Assembly: GCF_000009045.1 (NCBI RefSeq)
Contig: NC_000964.3
Location: 960,001-992,000 of the forward strand
Reading direction: 5' to 3'
DNA: 32,000 nucleotides
Source: Bacillus subtilis subsp. subtilis str. 168
Lineage (GTDB): Bacteria > Bacillota > Bacilli > Bacillales > Bacillaceae
Position numbers and translations under genes: made by a program. The notes beneath the pieces are model-generated. The model was given only the letters and a program-made list of their open reading frames with translations, was not told the origin of the DNA and did not search any database. Position 1 is the first letter of the stretch. Each line of letters begins with the position of its first letter. Of the stretch, positions 26,923 through 32,000 are shown piece by piece.

Positions 26923-26951
26923 TTGACCCATCGGAATTAGTGTAATATAGT
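26923..26951 (+). promoter_or_regulatory. tcyP promoter with a CymR-like motif
   Basis: TTGACC (26923-26928), 17-nt spacer, TATAGT (26946-26951). ATCGGAATTA lies at 26930-26939. Confidence 0.6.
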
Positions 26952-26985
26952 AAATGAGAAAATTTGAAGGGAGAGTTTACCTGCT

Positions 26986-28377
26986 TTGGAGACTTTACTG
27001 GTTGTATTACATGTATTTATTTTATTTTTACTTATCTTAGGGCTCTTTGTTATGCAGAAAAAACATGTTTCCTTCTCTAAACGTGTATTTACTGCGCTGG
27101 GGCTGGGGATTGTATTCGGATTTGCGCTTCAGCTGATTTACGGCCCGACTTCAAATATAGTCATTCAAACAGCCGACTGGTTTAATATTGCCGGGGGCGG
27201 ATATGTCAAATTGCTTCAGATGGTTGTCATGCCGCTCGTCTTTATTTCGATTCTCGGCGCCTTTACAAAGCTGAAGCTGACAAAAAATCTTGGGAAAATC
27301 AGCGGTTTGATTATCGGGATTTTAGTAGCAACAACAGCAGTTGCTGCAGCTGTCGGTATCGCGTCCGCGCTTTCATTTGATCTGCAGGCGATTCAGGTTG
27401 ACCAAGGAAGTACAGAGCTTTCACGGGGACAGGAGCTTCAGCAGAAATCAGAGGATATGACAGCGAAAACGCTGCCGCAGCAGATTGTTGAACTGCTGCC
27501 TGGAAACCCGTTTTTAGATTTTACGGGAGCTAGACCGACTTCAACGATCGCTGTCGTTATTTTTGCCGCTTTCCTTGGAGTGGCATTCCTCGGCGTAAAA
27601 CACAAACAGCCGGAACAGGCAGAAACATTTAAAAAACTGGTTGATGCCGTTTATGCCATTGTCATGCGTGTTGTCACACTCATTTTGAGACTGACGCCTT
27701 ATGGGGTGCTGGCCATCATGACAAAAACAATTGCAACGAGTGATCTTGACAGCATTCTAAAACTGGGCATGTTCGTGATTGCATCATATGCCGCGTTAAT
27801 CACTATGTTTATCATTCATTTGCTGCTGCTGACGTTCAGCGGCTTGAATCCGGTGATTTATTTGAAAAAAGCGGTGCCTGTACTTGTATTTGCATTTACG
27901 TCAAGGTCTAGCGCAGGTGCTTTACCGCTGAATATTAAAACACAGAGAAGCATGGGTGTACCGGAGGGAATCGCAAACTTTGCCGGTTCGTTCGGTCTTT
28001 CGATCGGCCAAAATGGATGTGCCGGCATTTATCCTGCGATGCTGGCGATGATGATTGCTCCGACTGTCGGCCAAAATCCATTTGACCCGGTGTTTATTAT
28101 CACTGTTATCGCAGTCGTTGCCATCAGCTCCTTCGGGGTTGCCGGAGTCGGCGGCGGAGCGACATTCGCGGCGCTTCTTGTTTTATCATCATTAAACATG
28201 CCTGTCGCGCTCGCCGGTTTGTTAATCTCAATTGAACCGTTAATCGACATGGGGCGTACTGCTTTGAATGTCAGCGGAAGCATGACATCCGGTCTTATTA
28301 CAAGTAAGGTCACAAAAGAAATTGATCAAGGGGCATTTCATGATCAATCCAGAGTGATTGAAGCTGAAGAAGCGTAA
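26986..28377 (+). CDS. tcyP: L-cystine sodium/dicarboxylate-type symporter TcyP (YhcL)
   Basis: 463 aa SDF-family transporter with VFAFTSRSSAGALPLNIKTQR and GLSIGQNGCAGIYPAMLAMM. TTG start at 26986. Confidence 0.93.
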   Translation: METLLVVLHVFILFLLILGLFVMQKKHVSFSKRVFTALGLGIVFGFALQLIYGPTSNIVIQTADWFNIAGGGYVKLLQMVVMPLVFISILGAFTKLKLTKNLGKISGLIIGILVATTAVAAAVGIASALSFDLQAIQVDQGSTELSRGQELQQKSEDMTAKTLPQQIVELLPGNPFLDFTGARPTSTIAVVIFAAFLGVAFLGVKHKQPEQAETFKKLVDAVYAIVMRVVTLILRLTPYGVLAIMTKTIATSDLDSILKLGMFVIASYAALITMFIIHLLLLTFSGLNPVIYLKKAVPVLVFAFTSRSSAGALPLNIKTQRSMGVPEGIANFAGSFGLSIGQNGCAGIYPAMLAMMIAPTVGQNPFDPVFIITVIAVVAISSFGVAGVGGGATFAALLVLSSLNMPVALAGLLISIEPLIDMGRTALNVSGSMTSGLITSKVTKEIDQGAFHDQSRVIEAEEA

Positions 28378-28383
28378 CATATG

Positions 28384-28418
28384 AAAACGTGTAATCCAAG
28401 AGGATTACACGTTTTTTT
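28384..28418. terminator. Terminator after tcyP, possibly shared with yhcM
   Basis: AAAACGTGTAATCC-aaga-GGATTACACGTTTT plus TTT. Confidence 0.85.
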
Positions 28419-28872
28419 AACGGCCAGGCTCTAAGTCCTCCAGCATTTCCATCATCGTGTTGTCGTCCATGACATTCATTGCGTTTTGTTCAAAATGAAT
28501 GGGTTCAGCATAATGCGGCTGTCTTTTTTTCGCGGCTGTCTCAGTTTGCCTAGTTTGAGACTGTGTATGCTGATGCTGTGGTTGCTGCTGTCCAGCGTGC
28601 TGGTGCTGACGGCCATTTTGCCGCTGGCTTTGATGCTGCGAACGGTCCTGGTTATCACCGCTGCTTCCGCTGCTTCCGCTAAATGCTTGTTTGACCATGT
28701 TTCCTACATTAGAAGCATCAAACGTGTTATTTTCTGAATTTCGTCTGTTCATTTGTCCTGTGATAAACCCGCTGATTCTTTGGCGGATCTGAGGTGATAA
28801 TGCAGTAATAAGCATAGTTGATCCTATGATCAATGCTGCGGGGCTGATTCCTCTTCGCTGGTTGAACAACAT
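28417..28872 (-). CDS. yhcM: Hypothetical protein YhcM
   Basis: 151 aa, MLFNQRRGISPAALIIGSTMLITALSPQIRQRISGF then a Gln/His/Ser-rich tail. GGAGGGATC precedes the ATG. Confidence 0.85.
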   Translation of the reverse strand: MLFNQRRGISPAALIIGSTMLITALSPQIRQRISGFITGQMNRRNSENNTFDASNVGNMVKQAFSGSSGSSGDNQDRSQHQSQRQNGRQHQHAGQQQPQHQHTQSQTRQTETAAKKRQPHYAEPIHFEQNAMNVMDDNTMMEMLEDLEPGR

Positions 28873-28943
28873 GATCCCTCCTTTGCAGTGTATTCATATT
28901 TTCCCCCTCGTTAGACAAATTAACCGTTATATTTCCCGGGAAA

Positions 28944-28973
28944 GCATTTCCTCCAGATTTGCATGCATAATTA
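28944..28973 (+). promoter_or_regulatory. Candidate SigG (forespore) promoter of yhcN
   Basis: GCATT (28944-28948), 17-nt spacer, CATAATTA (28966-28973). Confidence 0.55.
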
Positions 28974-29021
28974 AAGCCAGTTAGAAAAACCTATAAGTAA
29001 AGTGATAAAGGAGGAATTCAC

Positions 29022-29591
29022 ATGTTTGGAAAAAAACAAGTCCTTGCGTCTGTGCTTCTTATCCCTTTGCTTATGACTGGCTGCGGTGTAGCCGACCAAG
29101 GTGAGGGCAGACGTGATAATAATGATGTAAGAAACGTAAATTATCGAAATCCGGCCAATGACGATATGCGGAATGTAAACAATCGGGATAACGTTGACAA
29201 CAATGTTAATGATAATGTCAATAACAATCGTGTAAATGACGATAATAACAACGACCGAAAACTTGAGGTTGCTGATGAAGCAGCTGATAAAGTAACAGAC
29301 CTAAAAGAAGTAAAGCATGCCGATATCATTGTGGCTGGAAATCAAGCCTACGTTGCAGTCGTTTTAACCAATGGAAATAAAGGTGCAGTAGAAAACAATC
29401 TGAAGAAAAAAATAGCCAAAAAGGTAAGATCTACTGACAAAAACATTGATAATGTTTACGTTTCAGCTAACCCTGATTTTGTAGAGCGTATGCAAGGATA
29501 TGGAAAGCGTATTCAAAATGGTGACCCAATCGCCGGATTATTTGATGAATTTACACAAACTGTACAGCGTGTATTCCCTAACGCTGAATAA
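29022..29591 (+). CDS. yhcN: YhcN, YhcN/YlaJ-family spore lipoprotein
   Basis: MFGKKQVLASVLLIPLLMTGCG lipobox, Asn/Asp-rich linker, conserved VADKVTDLKEVKHADIIVAGNQAYVAVVL domain. GGAGG RBS. Confidence 0.93.
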   Translation: MFGKKQVLASVLLIPLLMTGCGVADQGEGRRDNNDVRNVNYRNPANDDMRNVNNRDNVDNNVNDNVNNNRVNDDNNNDRKLEVADEAADKVTDLKEVKHADIIVAGNQAYVAVVLTNGNKGAVENNLKKKIAKKVRSTDKNIDNVYVSANPDFVERMQGYGKRIQNGDPIAGLFDEFTQTVQRVFPNAE

Positions 29592-29598
29592 ATGAAAG

Positions 29599-29625
29599 AA
29601 GCCGCACAATTTGTGCGGCTTTTTC
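29599..29625 (+). terminator. Terminator after yhcN
   Basis: AAGCCGCACA-att-TGTGCGGCTT plus TTT. Confidence 0.8.
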
Positions 29626-29711
29626 TTTGCGTTAATGACACACTGCGAACTCAGGCTGCATAGAGTAAAAATAAAAAGGTACAAGACGGACCGGCTCAGG
29701 GAGGGAGACGT

Positions 29712-30680
29712 TTGCGGGATGGCATAGGAAAGCGTGCGGCATCCGCTCTATTCCTGTGCGGAGTCCTTGTGATGCTGGCTGTAAGCTCAGCCATCGTATC
29801 AAGCGCGATGTATATCCTGTCTTTTCCAGGTCAGGCATCTGGAATAACAAAAGAACAAGTGACGAAGCACATGAAGAAAGAGTCATTCAAACAGGCCGAT
29901 ATTTATTACACTTCTAAGGAAAAGTCCTTACTGCCATTGACGAAAGAAACGCTTGAATATGCGGTCAGTATTAATCAGATTATGATTGGATATTCGAATC
30001 AAAAGCCTATTGACATTATTTTTTTTCCTAATGAAAAACAGATGGAGGCTTACTCCGGTTTATTGGATGTAGTTGGTTTTTATTCTGAACGGGAGCAGCT
30101 GATCGGATTGTTGCCTGAAGAGAAAAAGAAACTGTTAGAAGGGGACGAGGTAGCGGTTTATTTGTACCAGAGATTGTTGATTCATGAATACTCGCACCAT
30201 GCGTTTCACCAGAAATTGAAGGAGCTTGAGACGGATCCCGATGAGTTTCCGTTATGGTTTCATGAAGGGTTAAGCGAGTGGATTGCGAACTATGAATTGC
30301 TCATAGATCCGATCACGTTTTCTGTCGTGCCCTTTGACCGTTTGCAGACTGATCGAGACTGGCAGGAAGCTAGAGCCGAATATGACACTGATGTCTATTT
30401 GCAAAGCTTTTATATGATCGATGAGCTGACGGACAAATACGGGAAAGACATTATTTCAGAAATGATTAAGGAAACGGCAAAAAAAGGGGACTTTGAAAAA
30501 GGGTTTAAATCAGCAACAAAGGAAAGTCTTGATCAATTTGAAAAAGATTTTAAGAAAAAATTTGAAAAAAACAGTGCGGCATTGGATAGTATCTATCCAA
30601 TGCCTTTGTTATTAGTGAAGTCCTTGCTGACCCATTCCGCCTTGTGTCGGAGGCATTTGTCCTTGGGCAGGGGCGAATGA
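29712..30680 (+). CDS. yhcO: Membrane-anchored putative zinc metallopeptidase-like protein (YhcO-like)
   Basis: 322 aa. N-terminal TM, HEYSHHAFH (HExxH) and downstream WFHEGLSEWIANY (gluzincin/peptidase-MA-like third ligand). TTG start after GGGAGGGAGACG. The symbol comes from gene order and is less certain. Confidence 0.75.
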   Translation: MRDGIGKRAASALFLCGVLVMLAVSSAIVSSAMYILSFPGQASGITKEQVTKHMKKESFKQADIYYTSKEKSLLPLTKETLEYAVSINQIMIGYSNQKPIDIIFFPNEKQMEAYSGLLDVVGFYSEREQLIGLLPEEKKKLLEGDEVAVYLYQRLLIHEYSHHAFHQKLKELETDPDEFPLWFHEGLSEWIANYELLIDPITFSVVPFDRLQTDRDWQEARAEYDTDVYLQSFYMIDELTDKYGKDIISEMIKETAKKGDFEKGFKSATKESLDQFEKDFKKKFEKNSAALDSIYPMPLLLVKSLLTHSALCRRHLSLGRGE

Positions 30681-31265
30681 ATTTCGCAGCTGTTCCATAT
30701 CCTGCGCATCAAGCTGAGGAACCTGGTAATAGCCGTGTTTGTTTTGGTATAGGAAAATTTCAAATGCCATTTCAACATACTCCTGAATTTGCGCAGACAG
30801 TACGCGTCTTACGGCCGGATTTGTCATTTCCAGAGAAGCCATCGTCAGCATAGAAGCTTGTGCTTTAATCGCGCAAAGCATTTGTCGGCTGATGATGCTG
30901 TCATCAATATCATTCATGGATTGAACAGGTTTTTTAGGCTGTGACGGCTGCATGCCGTAAACAGTCTGGTTGTCTTCCTTCATCATATAAGTTGCTGTTT
31001 TTTGTGAAGGTTCGCTTCCTGTTTTGAAGCATTCTGCAGTTATATTGTATTGAGATGTGATGAATTGATGTTGACGATCAAGGATGTTTAGTAATTCTTG
31101 ATCCTTACAGAATTGTCTCAGCATCATAAACTGATCAAGCACAGTAAGTGTTCCGGAAAGCACCTCATGCATATCAAACATTTCATGTCCGCCGTGGTTT
31201 TTATGCGGTTTGCCAGGAATACCTTTGTTCATTTGGGATTGCTGCTGCTGATTGAACTGATCCAA
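30612..31265 (-). CDS. yhcQ: CotF-family spore coat protein YhcQ
   Basis: 217 aa, Gln-rich ends, CotF-like core (EMFDMHEVLSGTLTVLDQFMMLRQFCKDQELLNILDRQHQFITSQYN). GGAGG RBS. Confidence 0.88.
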   Translation of the reverse strand: MDQFNQQQQSQMNKGIPGKPHKNHGGHEMFDMHEVLSGTLTVLDQFMMLRQFCKDQELLNILDRQHQFITSQYNITAECFKTGSEPSQKTATYMMKEDNQTVYGMQPSQPKKPVQSMNDIDDSIISRQMLCAIKAQASMLTMASLEMTNPAVRRVLSAQIQEYVEMAFEIFLYQNKHGYYQVPQLDAQDMEQLRNSFAPAQGQMPPTQGGMGQQGLH

Positions 31266-31413
31266 ACCGAATTCCTCCTTTTTTTTCAGATCAGCTGTAT
31301 TTTGTGTCAGTCTGCCGTGTATTATGCAGAAGCCTGAAAGGAATTATATGCTGTCTGTCGAAATGATAAGCAGACAAAATCGTTGTCATTATGTGTATAA
31401 GGGAGGAAATATG

Positions 31414-32000
31414 ATGAGGCGTATTCTGCATATTGTGTTGATCACGGCATTAATGTTCTTAAATGTAATGTACACGTTCGAAGCTGTAAAGGCAGCTGAA
31501 CCGCAACAGCCTATATCGATTGAGAAGGCAATACAGCAAAAAGAAGGACAGGCACTTGTCGAAGGATATGCAGTCGGCCAGGCTGTTTCCCCGCAGCATT
31601 ATAAACTGACAAGCCCTTTTTCAAATGATTATAATGTTGCGCTGGCAGACCGTAAAAACAAAACATCGCCCGAACACATCCTTCCTGTGCAAATCCCCTC
31701 CGCCTTCAGAAGCCAATTTGGGCTGCAAACCAATCCGCTTCTTCTTGGGAAAAAGATAACGGTTCAAGGAAAGCTTGAAAATTACTTTAACACGACAGGA
31801 CTTAAAAACGTTCAGTCGATGAACGTAACCGATGACACAAAAACTCCGCCGGCTGAACAGCAAGTGACCATAAATGAAGCACGGGGAAGGCTGAATGAAG
31901 AAGTAACGATAAAAGGGATCATTACAGCTGATCAAAACGCAATCGGAGGCGGGAAGCTGTCGACCTTTTTGCAAGATGAAACCGGAGGCATTAACATTTA
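31414..32000 (+). CDS. yhcR: YhcR, large secreted/cell-wall non-specific endonuclease, 5' part (runs off the window)
   Basis: MRRILHIVLITALMFLNVMYTFEAVKAAEPQQPISIEKAIQQKEGQALVEGYAVGQAVSPQHYKL... signal peptide plus OB-like repeats. GGGAGG RBS at 31401-31406. An in-frame ATG at 31348 (MLSVEMISRQNRCHYVYKGGNMMRRILHI) is the alternative start. The frame is open to 32000. Confidence 0.88.
   Translation, partial: MRRILHIVLITALMFLNVMYTFEAVKAAEPQQPISIEKAIQQKEGQALVEGYAVGQAVSPQHYKLTSPFSNDYNVALADRKNKTSPEHILPVQIPSAFRSQFGLQTNPLLLGKKITVQGKLENYFNTTGLKNVQSMNVTDDTKTPPAEQQVTINEARGRLNEEVTIKGIITADQNAIGGGKLSTFLQDETGGINI

Noticed and set aside
31621-31974. 117-aa minus-strand ORF
   Set aside because: Antisense to the yhcR frame, which is open, has a signal peptide and a good RBS.

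Overview
This is a chromosomal window from the Bacillus subtilis group. Both the predicted proteins and the gene order match the B. subtilis katA-ssu-yhb-yhc region, recognised from sequence without any database search. Order: 3' part of katA (minus strand); ssuBACD; a ygaO-like lipoprotein gene; the zinc-independent S14 paralogue behind a Zur-like box; a minus-strand XRE regulator plus membrane protein pair; tRNA-Gly(TCC); a B3/B4-like gene; queG; yhbB; trmL/cspR; yhbD-bacE-bacF; prkA; yhbH; yhbI-yhbJ-yhcA-yhcB-yhcC; yhcE-F-G-H-I; cspB; yhcJ; dgcK; tcyP; yhcM; yhcN; yhcO-like; yhcQ; and the start of yhcR. I see no CRISPR array, prophage, transposon or dense defence island. The window looks like ordinary core or near-core genome. 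The observations most worth a second look are regulatory or small-scale: an unlisted 29-aa hydrophobic mini-ORF next to the bacF terminator; an attenuator-like hairpin in the ssu leader; a shared ATCGGAATWA motif in the same register in the ssu and tcyP promoters; a promoter inside the ssuD terminator loop; dyads placed on the promoters of three regulator-containing operons; and an HExxH gluzincin-like protein whose 3' end overlaps a spore-coat gene.
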